Shown: piece after piece, positions 37,374 through 49,582 of the stretch | Layout: every line of letters starts with the position of its first letter | Position numbering within the stretch: the stretch's first letter is position 1 | Assembly (NCBI GenBank): GCA_043228905.1 | Contig: JBHGNT010000016.1 | Span: 19,142,937-19,206,936 of the forward strand | Origin: Azolla caroliniana | Taxonomy: Eukaryota; Plantae; Polypodiophyta | Length of the DNA stretch: 64,000 nt | Direction: 5' to 3' | Made by a program: the position numbers and the translations under genes | Notes under the pieces: model-generated | The model's input: only the letters and a program-made list of their open reading frames with translations | The model's database searches: none | What the model was told of the DNA's origin: nothing

Positions 37374-40300
37374 ACAGGAAGAAAACTCTCGGAGCAAAAC
37401 AAGTACGAATCGGCCCGGATGGGGCATCTACGTACACGGCCGTAACCGGAGGAATGAAGAAACAATACCGACAAGTGGAGGATAAGTTACGGTCGGCATC
37501 AATAATAAAAGAAGACGAAGAAATCGTGGGAGTGATCGAGGAAGTGTTCTATGGGAATACACTACAACGGCTTGAAGAGCTTGCGGAAGATAAAAGCCAA
37601 GGGAACCGGGTAGTCCCGGTGGAATCGGTCGAGATGTACGAGATCGTTGCGAAAATGGGGCCGGATGCGCTCCGCAAAGAAGAAGCAATGGTAAGTACGA
37701 AATACAAGACCGTGGAGAAGAAGGTGAAACCGGCCGCGGGACCACTACCCGCCGATAGCGAACAAAAGAGGAAAGAAGTCTCGGGAGACCCGACACTTCG
37801 GAAGACCGTGGATATCGGACATGCCTTCACAGATGAGACCCGGAAGAAACTTCGGATCGGTGGAGGTGGGTTCCTCTTACAAGAAGAAGAAAAACGGTTT
37901 CGAGAGATGTTGGAGCAACATGGCAAAGCATTCGCGTTCACATCGAGGGAGATTGGATGCATTGATCCAAAGATAGTGGAGCCGATGGTGATTTTCACGA
38001 TTGATCATGTACCGTGGAACCTGAAGCCGATTCCGGTGCCACGGGCGCATATTCCGAAAGTCATCGACTTGCTCAAGGAGAAGGTGGCGATGGGGATTCT
38101 AGAGCCATCAAGTGCTCCGTACTCAAATCGATGGTTTACGGTTCCGAAGAAGAATGGGTCACTCCGATTCATCCAAGACTTGCAACCGGTGAACAAGGTC
38201 ACGATCCGGAACTCGGGAGTCGGTCCGATAGTGGACGAATTCGCGGAAGCTTTTGCCGGACGTGCGATATACTCCATCGGGGACCTATACTCGGGGTATG
38301 ACCAATTCCACCTAGCCGTGGAGAGCCGAGACATCACTACCATGCGGACACCGATAGGACTAGTTCGAATGTGCACACTACCACAAGGAGCGACAAACTC
38401 GGTTGCACATATGATGAACGCGATGAACAAGGTGCTTCGAGATTGCATCCCGGAGATAACGATGCCGTTTCTAGATGACATTCCGATGAAAGGATGCGCG
38501 GTGGAAGAAAAAGATGAGACTATGGATGATCGGGGATGCCGAAAGTTCGTGGTCGACCATATTCATGATTGCGAGAAAGTGTTGCGAAAGCTAGAAGATG
38601 TGCACCTAACACTTTCCGGGGAGAAATCGGCATTCGGGCAAGAAGAAATATTGGTGGTCGGACATCTATGTGGACCCTACGGCCGAAGACCATCACCAAC
38701 AAAGATCGATGCGATTCAAGCTATGAAGGAAGTATGTGAGTCAACATCGGAAGTCCGAAGGTTTCTGGGTGCGTGTGCATTCTATCACATATGGATTCCG
38801 CACTATGCACATATAGCGGACCCGCTCTATCACTTGTTGCGGAAAGGTAAGAAATTCGAGTGGAAACCGGAACACACTAAAGCCATGAGGAAGCTCAAGA
38901 AGACACTATGGAGGGCGGAATCACTTAAGAAGCCAAGCTACGAGCAGCCAATCATAGTAACGGTTGATACAAGTCCAACCGGTATCGGGTGGGTCATCAA
39001 TCAAGCCGACTCGGATGGTTCGCGGTATCCGATCCGATTTGGAGCAAAGGTCCTCAACGAAAGGCAACGCGGATATGCACAAGTCAAAAGAGAATTGTGG
39101 GGAGTCGTGTCGGCGATAAAATCGGATCGGGATTATTTGATCGGAGCTGAAGTGGTGATCGAGACGGATTGTCTTCCGATACTCGGGATGATGCGGTGTT
39201 GTACGATACCGGATGTGGCTATGTTAAGGTGGATTGCATATGTCAAGTCACTTAATCCGGAGGTTTGACACATCTCGGGGAAAGACAACGCGGTAGCGGA
39301 CATGTTATCGAGGGCGCGGTTTGAAGACGACATAACCGAATCAGATAATGAAGAAGTTTCCGAAGACTACTTCACGTCAGAACACATATGCCGAGTGAAC
39401 GTGATCCGAGAATTCCGGGAAGAAGAATACGAGGGGGAAACCTTGATGATCGGGAAGATGCTACAAGAGGTCGAGGATTCAACCAATGATAAAGAAAGGA
39501 GAGCCGAGATCCGAAGGAAGAAGAGGCAAGTCCAAAAGTTCTTCTTGGAAAACGGTTTAATATGGAGGACGCCGAAAAGACCGGATGGGATACCACTTCG
39601 AGTAGTCGGGACGAAAGAGCAACGAAACCGGATAATGTCCGAGTTCCACGAATCCGATTGGGCTGGACATCGAGGAACATGGGCAACTTTTGTGAAAATC
39701 AAGCAAAGATATTGGTGGAAGAACATGTATAAAGATGTCGCGGAGTTCACAGAAAGCTGCGAGAAATGTCAAGTCTACTCCGGGGTCCGACACCGAGATG
39801 AGCTGCATCCGACATTCTCACCGACAATCAACTTCAAGTGGATGGTCGACATTGTAGCTATGCCGACCGGGATTGGACAAAAGAAATACTTGGTGTTAGC
39901 TCGAGAAGATCTCACAAATCAAGTTGAAGGTCGAGCGCTTCGGAGGAAAACGTGTGCCGCGGTGTGCCAATTTCTTTTGGAAGAAGTGTTTTGTAGGTAC
40001 GGCTGCGTAGGACAAGTGATTGCGGACCGGGGAGAACTCGACTCGGACAAAGCTAGGGGATTCTTCGCCAAACATGGAGTTCGGTTAACGTTGACAACGG
40101 CCTACAATCCGGAGGCCAACGAGAAGATCGAACGAGGACATAGTCCGATCGTGAAAGCACTTGCGAAGGCATGCGACGGAAGGGTGAAGGATTGGCCACA
40201 AATGCTTCCGTATGCACTATGGGCGGATCGGACGACGCATAGCTCCGTGACCGGTTACATGCCGGCAGAACTCATGACCGGACAAGCACCAGTAATGCCA

Positions 40301-40921
40301 ACGGAAACCGCAATCGCGACATGGACGATACTACCGTGGAAGGAAGAGATGAGCCGGGAAGAACTACTAGCGGTCCGGATACGACAACTGGAGGGAAGAC
40401 CGAAAGATGTAGCGGAAGCGTCACGCCGACAACAAGAAGCACGGTTCCGGAACAAAAGCCGGTTCGACACAAAGCACCGACTACGACCGAGGAGGATTGA
40501 AGAAGGAGATTGGGTGATCGTCTATGATAGTAGCTTGGACCATCAACATACAACGATGCGGAAATTCGCGAAAAGGTGGTTCGGGCCGTATGAGGTTCGG
40601 AAGGTCTTCGACAACGGGACGTACCGACTGTCCGAGTTGGATGGAACAATACTACGAGTGCCTATAGCCGGGAAGCGGGTGAAGATTTTCAAGAAGCGGA
40701 CCGACGACAAACCTTATGTGATCCAAGTCGAGGCCGACAACAAGGAGCAATCGGACGAAGACCACAATGATGCGGGAAGCGAAGAAAGTGGATTGCAACT
40801 CATAGTCGACATAGGGGGAGAATCGGAGGAAGCTTCGGATGAAGACGGATACGAAGAATCAAGAACTTCGGCACATACCGGAGGATGTGCGGGTTTGGAG
40901 GGGGCGAGTGTCGTAGTGTAG
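37310..40921 (+). pseudogene. pol: pol of Y with one CGA>TGA stop at 39266
   Basis: ORFs 37454-39268 and 39302-40921 together equal X pol. Confidence 0.93.
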
Positions 40922-41684
40922 GTTGCACACTATGTGGAAATTATATTTTTGTCCCTCCGGATAGAGAATGGAGTGCTCGGTAAGAACCGGAGGAAAACGG
41001 CATACCGGCAAGGAAGAAAACGGCATACCGGCAAGGAAGAGCCGGATAAAGAGACATAAATGTAAAAAAGAAGGAAATACTCACTACTGCGCAGGGCGTG
41101 ATTCGAACTCTGCACCTCCACGTTGACAAACCCCAACCTTACCATTACATTAACTTATCTTAAGTGTTTTAAATATAGATTTAATACGTATAAGACCTTT
41201 ATTTATGCATACCTTTATTAAAAGGTAAATCGTGTATTTTTTTTATATGAAAAACACGAGACACTAAAAATAACTCATGCACATCTAGCGTGCATGAGCC
41301 CTATACTTAGGAAAAAAAAAGCATCACATGCACATTTAGTGGACATGAACACTTTTGTAAAAATAAAAAAGCATGAAGCCATGCTTAGCTCTTCCTTCCT
41401 TATATAAGGAGGAGAGAAATATGTAAACGGTTGTTGATTATTTGGATTAAGTATTAATGAATACAAAAATTATTCGTGGGATTCACGATTTATACATCTA
41501 CTTCTCTCTTAACACCCTAAGTACCAATTAATATAGTATACTCGTGTGATTCACGAGTTTCTTATCTTTCTCTTTGCTATTTACTCATAATTAATCTCTA
41601 TCTCACGAACTTCTTTCTCCTAGTCCAAGACCTCTGTGGTTCCCACCCGACTCACGCAACGATCCGGAGCCGAAAGGCACGACA

Positions 41685-42110
41685 GCGTCATTCCACCTTA
41701 CCCCGGACCGGAAATCCTTCTCATCCTACTCAGCCGGTGATCACGGCTGTGTCCGGATGGGGAATGAAGGTACATGCCGAATTGTCGGCATAGGAGACGT
41801 GTGGTTGACAACACCAACGGGATGCAAGCTGCTGCTAAAGGATGTTCGACACGTTCCGGAGGTTCGTCTGAACCTGATATCAGCCGGTCGGCTAGATGAT
41901 GAAGGCTACACTGGTAGCATCCGGAACGGTGTTATGAAGTTCAACAAAGGGAGCCTGATTGTGGCGCGGGCCCGGAAGGTCAACACGCTGTACCTGATGA
42001 ATGCCTGGTTATGCCTGGAAGAAGTGGACGTGGCATCTGACACTGCTAGTGAGCTGTGGCACAAGAGACTGCGTCACATGAGCGTGAAGGGGATGAAGAG
42101 GCTTGCCGAT
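41685..42110 (+). pseudogene. Copia B protease and pre-integrase fragment
   Basis: ASFHLTPD continues VDSG from 25936(-); LWHKRLRHMS; rest of integrase deleted. Confidence 0.9.
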
Positions 42111-44146
42111 GAGCCTACGGGCCCAATTGCCGAGTTTTCCGGAATCGGGTCCGTGGGCTTTCGTCCGCTCCTTCCCCGTATCGTCTCGCCGGTGATTCTT
42201 GGCCCTCCGCTGCCACCTTCCGCCGCTTGGGACTCACGTGGGTACTCGGGCTCGACTGCCATCGTCTTGGGAGCAAGTGTGGGAAGACACAAAGAATCAC
42301 CCGTCCATTTTACGCCCTTGTCCGTAGCCACTGACTCTTTGTGGTCGGCGGCGGTCTTCTTAATGATCGCGCAAGCCCCGTCTGGGCTTGATTCTCCAAT
42401 TACCGGGATCTCGGGCTGACACGCCCGAAACCGCTGGTCCCAACATTCCGGTTCCGCGATCTGTATCTCGGCCTCGTCCTTGGCCGTTCTATCTCCGCAT
42501 GTCGAGAAGGTGGCTCGCTCCGCACCCTCTCCCGTGGTACCGATGTACCATTCTCTTTCGGCCTCCTCATCCTTCGATTGCCTACGGCCCCGACTCCATA
42601 ATAAGCCCTTCTTCGGTTTCGCTTTTCCCCTCTTCCTCGAGGATCGCTTTGACAGCTTCGTACGCCTCCGCAATCCTGGCCCCTACGCCGACCCTTGCCG
42701 ACTCTCTTTGCCGTTCGGCCTCTTCCCGCTGTGATGGCATGCCGTCGCGTACCTTCCCCTTAGCCTTCTCGGCTCGCTCGTTGTCTAGCCTTTGGCACAC
42801 CCTTCCGACCTTCGATTAGTCCTCCGTAAGCCCATTCGCTCCGTCATCGTCTTCGAGCTCAATCCCGATGGCTTCCCGTTCCGCTCGGTCGATCGACCTG
42901 ACGAACAAAAGGACTTTGTCCACCCCCACCAAACCTTGTTCCCGCTCTGGGAGCCGAGCAAGTCGTCGCTCGAACTCCCGGAACGCCTTCGTCGCACCCC
43001 GGTGGGTCTTTGCCGATGCTACCCACTGGTCGAAGTGGTGTCGTCCCCGGCTCTTCCGCCGTCCTCCGTATGCCTTCAGGAGCACCTCTTCGAAGGCCTC
43101 CCACAAACCATGAGCCTCACGGAGCTCCATTACTTCCGCATGCTTCTGGACAGCTACGACCCGACAGAAGAACTCCAGCCTCAACGCCTCGTCTATGCCA
43201 CGCTCTTCCATTTCCGCGTTGTAGGCTTCCAAGTAAGATGGGACTTTGTCCCCGTTGAAACGGCCGACTCTTTCGACCACTCGCCCAACCGCTTGTTGCG
43301 CTGCTTCTCGCCTCATCACCACTAGTGCCGACTCCAACACCACTTCGGCCACCATCTCCGCAAGGTCGTCGTCTTCCGACTCCATCCTCCCTTGCCGCCT
43401 TTCACGTCGGGTTCACCAAAGATGTCGCGTTGTTATGCGCGTGCGTGGAGAAACAAGGCGGGACCACCGGGGTCTTGAACCGAAGAGCAGGTGATAGAAG
43501 GGGAAAGAGAAGGAGAGAGACGCCCGGTCACGTATGAGCAAAGAAACACAGGGGCGTGGCCCATCAACACAGAAGACGCGAATGGACACAGAGACAGGGA
43601 GAGACAAGTGTTTGTATATTAACGAATAACAAGTACACAACAGAACACGCGACAGCTACAACCGAACAGGCCGGGGAACAGATGCCGATGCCTGTTTGTC
43701 TGCGCACGAAATGGGGATAGGATGGAGGTGCTGCCGGAAGCACACGGCGTTCCTCAAAGCAGCCGAGCCTCCCGAAACCTACAGAGAAGAGCAACAGAGA
43801 ACAGACAGAGGAGAAGCGTTCGGTTCCGGTACGACAACAATTCGTCCTCCTCAATGCGCGATCCCTTCTCCCTGCGTCTCCCTCTCCTTTATAGCGTCAA
43901 GAAGGGAGCCGTCTCCGTCATTTACTTCCTACCTACCGAATCTAACTACCCCGGATCTCTCTCTGTACCTAATTCTCTATTATATACATTAAGAGCGCGC
44001 ACACGTGAAGGGCCGGTTCATGTGCGCTATTCACCGATTGCACCAGGGGACGGTTTTCTTCATGACATCCACCCCCACCTAACCGTGCATCCACTGGTAT
44101 GCGCCAAAATTGGTTTCTGGTTGGAGAAAACCGGTCTGGGTTCCTT

Positions 44147-45260
44147 TTATTCGTCCATCGGTTCACCCTCCGTTTCGGACTGTTCGTCTTCGCAGTCCAG
44201 GCCTCTTAGATCCGGTTTGTCGTCGTGGCGTTTCTTGAACGCTTTGACCCGTTTCCTTGCTACCGGCATCGCCATCCTCGTACCGTCGAGTTCCGCCAGG
44301 TGATACGTCCCGTTGTCGTTGGCGCTCATTACCACGTAAGGCCCGAACCACCGCTTCGTGAACTTCCGGGTTGCTCGGTGCTGGTTGTGGAGGCTGCTGT
44401 CGTAGACTAGCACCCAGTCGCCTTCCTCGATTTTCTTTGGTCGGAGCCGGTGCGTCCGATCGAACCGGGCTTTGTTCTTCATCCTCGCCGCTCGAAGTCT
44501 CTCCGCCGCTCGTTCCACGTCCTCTGGCCTCCGCTCGAGCTGCCGTATACGCGCCACTAGCAGTTCTTCCCGACTCATTTCGTCACTCCAGTCTACTGTC
44601 GCCCAAGAGGAGATCGTCCGTTCCGTCGGCATGATCGGCTTCTGTCCGAACATGAGCTCTGACGGCATGAACCCGGTTACCGAACTGTGCGTTGTCCGGT
44701 CCGCCCACAAGGCGTAAGTTAACAACCGTGGCCAGTTCCCGACCTGGTCTCCGCATGCCCGGACTAGCGCTTTGACGATTGGCCCGTGCCCGCGCTCTAC
44801 CTTCCTGTTTGCCTCCGGATTGTACGTTGTGGTGAGCGAGAGCTTGACCCCTAACTGGTTGAACAACTCCTCGGCCTCTTCGGCGTCCAACTCCCGCGGT
44901 CAGCCACGATCTTTCCGACGCACCCGTACCGGCATATCACTTCCTCGATCAAGAACCGACACACAGCCGCGGTCATTTTGTTCTGCAGGGCTCGGCCTTC
45001 CACCTGGTTCGTCAGGTCCTCCCGGGCCAGCACCAGATATCGCATCTGTCCTACGCCCATCGGCATCGTCACCAAATCTACCATCCATTTGAAGTGGATG
45101 GCCGGAGGGTATGTGGGGTGAAGCTCGTCCCAATGTCGAACTATGGAGTGCACTTGACAGCTCTCACAAGTTGTCACGTACCGATGCACGTCCCGGTACA
45201 GTCCCGACCACCAGTACTTCCCCTTCAGCTTCTCGAACGTGGCCCAACCCAGGGGCTGTC
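44147..45260 (-). pseudogene. Gypsy integrase fragment with a frameshift
   Basis: CESC, FKWMVD, AREDLTNQVEGRAL, YNPEANRKVERGH, WFGPY. Confidence 0.9.
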
Positions 45261-48094
45261 GTGGTAGGCCTTCAACAATTCCTCCTGTTCCTCCTTCGTC
45301 GCCACTACTCGGAGCGGGATGCCTTTCCTCTTCTTCGGGTGCTTCCACAGATGTCGTTCCTCTTCTTCGGGTGCTTCACGTCGGGTTCGCCAAAGATGTC
45401 GCGTTGTTACGCGCGTGCGTGGAGAAAGGCGGGACCACGGGGGTCTTGGACTAGGGAGCGACGGAGCGTAGGAAGTCGCACTTCACCGTTTTCTGGGGCA
45501 CCCCAGGATAGTTTACAACAGTCGTCTGTTGTCAAGCCGCCATCGGGGAGCTCTCGGGCTCATCGCGCCGAGCGGGGTCTCGCACAGGAGATAAGCTGCA
45601 GTCAACCCTAAAAGAACACGAAGGGGCAGAAGAAGAAGCAGAAGAAACCTAACCCTAAACCTATCGGTATACCCTCTAATGCAAAATGGGCAACCCTTTT
45701 ACAAAGGGTGTTCCCTCCCTTTTATAGAACAAGGAGAGGGATGCGTTAAAATGTGGGACAAATCCCGACTTTCATGGGATCGTCTGTCCCGACTTGACTA
45801 CTCTTCGGCGCCATAAAGGCGCCCTTGATATTCACACCAAATGTACATGGGTGCGTACACACGCTGCACCCCGCTGATGTAGTCAATGTTTCCCGGTTTT
45901 CGCCTATGGCCAAAATTCTTCATGACATCCGCCCCTACCTAACTGCACGTCCACCGGTACGTGCCAATTTGGTTGAAGGGTGAGAGATTTCGGCCGGTGA
46001 GAAACCGGTCTCCTGTGATCCGCATCTCGGCTCGCTGCCGGTTTGATCCGACGGCTTCGAGTCTTCCTTCACGCTTGCCTCCCCATAGGCTCGTTCGACC
46101 CGTCGATGGGTCCTCTGCCGCGATCTCCGTAGCACGCGTTCTTCTGTTGGCCCTTGTTCGGCCGTATGAACACCCCGCTTCCTGCCGTATGCCCGATGTC
46201 CTCCGCTAGAGGAATGCCCATGGCAGCCCGCTTGGCCTCCGTTGTCGAATCATGATGTCCCGATGGTGTTTGGCATCGCCTTCGTCCTTCCGCCGTCACC
46301 TTTCTTCTCCATGGTCTTACATCGCCGCGTCGGCTCAAACCGCCATGGTCTCCGGAACGGTGTGGAAGATCCCTTTCCGGCCTTCTTCGCACTCACCTTT
46401 CCGCTCCGGCACCTCTGTGTGCCACCTACCCTCGTCTGTTGTTTGGCACTGCCCGTGTTGCACTCCTCGTCGGCCCCTTTCCGGCCTGATCGTGCATCGC
46501 TGTTCACCCGCATGCTGGTTTCCTTTGCATCCGAGGAACACCCCGTAGTAGCCCGCTTGGCCCTTCCCATCGTCGTGCTGCTAAAACAGGTCCTGGGTCT
46601 TTCGCTTGCCGTCGTCCCCTCGCCCCCACCAGCTTGTCACCCCGGCTTGCCGTGTCAGTCTTTGTTACTTCGACGGAGTTACCGAGATCTATGAAGCGAG
46701 TGTGGAGGATCTTCCTCTAGCCTCTCTTGCTGTCCTGGTTCCGACCCTGTGCAGTCCACTAGGCACTTGTCCCTTCGTTCTCGGCACCTCGCTTGTGCCG
46801 TCTTCCGCTTAGTCGGGTCCCATTTCCCGCCACCACCAACCTTCTCTCTCGGTCTCATGTTGCCACGTTGGCCGAACTGCCGGAGTCTCTGGTTAAGTGT
46901 GGGGATCCCGTAGGACCGGACTTCCTTACGCCCATAGCCTTCGTCACCTCGCCGCCATCGTCAGTATCTTGGTCTTACGTCGACCGCGTTGCCGACTGCC
47001 GAAGTCTCTAGAACCGGTGTGAAGGATCCTTCGTAGGCCTTCGTCGCCTTCTTGACCCTGTCCCGGGTCGTCCTTTTCCGCATGCCGAGAGGGCGGTTTA
47101 CTCCGCACCCTCTCCCGTGGTACCGACGTACCGTGTCCTCGGCCTCTTCGTAGGCCTGCTCTCTTCCTCCCTCCCGGAATGGTCATCCGTGAGTCCGCTC
47201 CGCCCGGTTCTCGTCCGCGTCCGTTCGTCCTTCTCCGGATTGCCGAGACCTGTTCTCCTGTCGCCACCGTCTCTCGTACAGGACTTACGCCAGCACTCGG
47301 GACTGCAGCCTGATCGGTGTAAGGAATCCCATAGGACCGGCTTTCATTCTCTTTCCAAATCTCGACCTTCGCCCGGTCGGTCTTTCTCCCCATGTAAAAG
47401 AGGGCGGCTCAACCCGCACCCTCTCCCGTATCGGCACCTTCATGCCGAATCCGACCCCGATCGAACGATCCACGACCGGATTACGCTCCACCCGTATCGG
47501 AATGCCGATCGCCTCGTGCCGCATCCGCCCTCAGCCTCCTCGCAGGCCGTTTCCCATCCGACTTCGTTGGCATTGTGCTAGGACTCCTCGGTACCGCCAT
47601 CCATCTCCTCGGTCTTACATGGGCATACAAGCCCAATTGTCGAGTTCTTCGGAATCGGGTCCGTGGGCTTTCGTCCGCTCCTTCCCCGTATTGTCTCGCC
47701 GGTGATTCTTGGCCCTCCGCCGCCGCCGCCTTCCTGCGCTTGGGACTCACGTGGGTACTAGGGCCCGACTGCCATCGTCTTGGGAGCAAGTGTGGGAAGA
47801 CACAAAGAATCACCCGTCCATTTTACGCCCTTGTCCCTAGCCACCGACTCTTTGTGGTCGGCAGCGGTCTTCTTACTGATCGCGCAAGCCCGGTCTGGGC
47901 TTGATTCTCCAATTACCGGGATCTCGGGCTGACACGCCCGAAACCACTGGTCCCAACGTTCCGGTTCTGCGATCTGTATCTCGGCCTCGTCCTTGACCGT
48001 TCTATCTCCGCATGTCGAAAAGGTGGCTCGCTCCGCACCCTCTCCCGTGGTACCGATGTACCATTCTCTTTCGGCCTCCTCATCCTTCGATTGC

Positions 48095-48898
48095 CTATGG
48101 CCCCGACTCCATAATAAGCCCTTCTTCGGTTTCGCTTTTCCCCTCTTCCTCGAGCATCGCTTTGACAGCTTCGTACGCCTCCGCAATCCTGGCCCCTACG
48201 CCGACCCTTGCCGACTCTCTTTGCCGTTCGGCCTCTTCCCGCTGTGATGGCACGCCGTCGCGTACCTTCCCCTTAGCCTTCTCGGCTCGCTCATTGTCTA
48301 GCCTTTGGCACACCCTTCCGACCTTCGACCAGTCCTCCGTAAGCCCATTTGCTCCGTCATCGTCTTCGAGCTCAATCCCGATGGCTTCCCGTTCCGCTCG
48401 GTTGATCGACCTGACGAACAAAAGGACTTTGTCCGCCCCCACCAAACCTTGTTCCCACTCTGGGAGCCGAGCAAGTTGTCGCTCGAACTCCCGGAACGCC
48501 TTCGTCGCACCCCGGTGGGTCTTTGCCGATGCTACCCACTGGTCGAAGTGGTGTCGTCCCCGGCTCTTCCGCCGTCCTCCGTATGCCTTCAGGAGCGCCT
48601 CTTCGAAGGCCTCCCACAAACCATGAGCCTCACGGAGCTCCATTACTTCCGCATGCTTCTGGACAGCTACGACCCGACAGAAGAACTCCAGCCTCAACGC
48701 CTCGTCTACGCCACACTCTTCCATTTCCGCATTGTAGGCTTCCAAGTAAGATGGGACTTTGTCCCCGTTGAAACGGCCGACTCTTTCGACCACTCGCCCA
48801 ACCGCTTGTTGCGCTGCTTCTCGCCTCATCACCACTAGTGCCGACTCCAACACCACTTCGGCCACCATCTCCGCAAGGTCGTTGTTTTCCGACTCCAT
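48095..48898 (-). CDS. gag: Truncated Gag-like ORF of W (second copy 42582-43385 has a stop)
   Basis: RVVERVGRFNGDKVPSYLEAYNAEM and DKVLLFVRSI are homologous to X gag. Confidence 0.75.
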   Translation of the reverse strand: MESENNDLAEMVAEVVLESALVVMRREAAQQAVGRVVERVGRFNGDKVPSYLEAYNAEMEECGVDEALRLEFFCRVVAVQKHAEVMELREAHGLWEAFEEALLKAYGGRRKSRGRHHFDQWVASAKTHRGATKAFREFERQLARLPEWEQGLVGADKVLLFVRSINRAEREAIGIELEDDDGANGLTEDWSKVGRVCQRLDNERAEKAKGKVRDGVPSQREEAERQRESARVGVGARIAEAYEAVKAMLEEEGKSETEEGLIMESGP

Positions 48899-49582
48899 CC
48901 TCCCTTGCCGCCTTTCACGTCGGGTTCACCAAAGATGTCGTGTTGTTACGCGCGTGCGTGGAGAAACAAGGCGGGACCACCGGGGTCTTGAACCGAAGAG
49001 CAGGTGATAGAAGGGGAAAGAGAAGGAGAGAGACGCCTGGTCACGTATGAGCAAAGAAACACAGGGGCGTGGCCCGTCAACACAGAAGACGCGAATGGAC
49101 ACAGAGACAAGGAGAGACAAGTGTTTGTATATTAACGAATAACAAGTACACAACAGAACACGCGACAGCTACAACCAAAGAGGCCGGCGAACAGATGCCG
49201 ATGCCTGTTTGTCTGCGCACGAAATGGGGATAGGATGGAGGTGCTGCCGGAAGCACACGGGCGTTCCTTGAAGCAGCGCGAGCCTCCCGAAACCTACAGA
49301 GAAGAGCAACAGAGAACAGACAGAGGAGAAGCGTTCGGTTCCGGTCCGACAATACTTCGTTCTCCTCAATGCGCGATCCCTTCTCCCTGTGTCTCCCTCT
49401 CCTTGATAGCGTCAAGAAGGGAGCCGTCTCCCTCATTTACTTCCTACCTACCGAATCTAACTACCCCGGATCTCTCTCTGTAGCTAATTCTCTATTATAT
49501 ACATTAAGAGTGCGCACACGTGAAGGGCTGGTTCATGTGCGCTATTAACCGATTGCGCCAGGGGACGGTTTTCTTCACGACA

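Larger units (their letters stand above)
34853..41684 (+). mobile_element. Ty3/gypsy copy Y, near-identical to X and inverted relative to it
   Basis: LTRs 34853-35632 and 40909-41684, PBS 35637-35653, PPT 40894-40908. Confidence 0.97.
42111..49582 (-). mobile_element. Tandem non-autonomous gypsy complex W: LTR-A 48936-49582, gag plus decayed internal, LTR-B 45397-45927, integrase-only internal, LTR-A' 43423-44067, gag (truncated)
   Basis: Each LTR is TGTC...GACA and followed by a Trp PBS (48915-48931, 45376-45392, 43402-43418); PPTs precede LTR-B and LTR-A'. Confidence 0.85.

Noticed and set aside
45935-48050. Many overlapping GC-rich ORFs as novel genes
   Set aside because: They lie in the decayed internal region of W, include gag/pol remnants and internal repeats, and are expected at this GC content.
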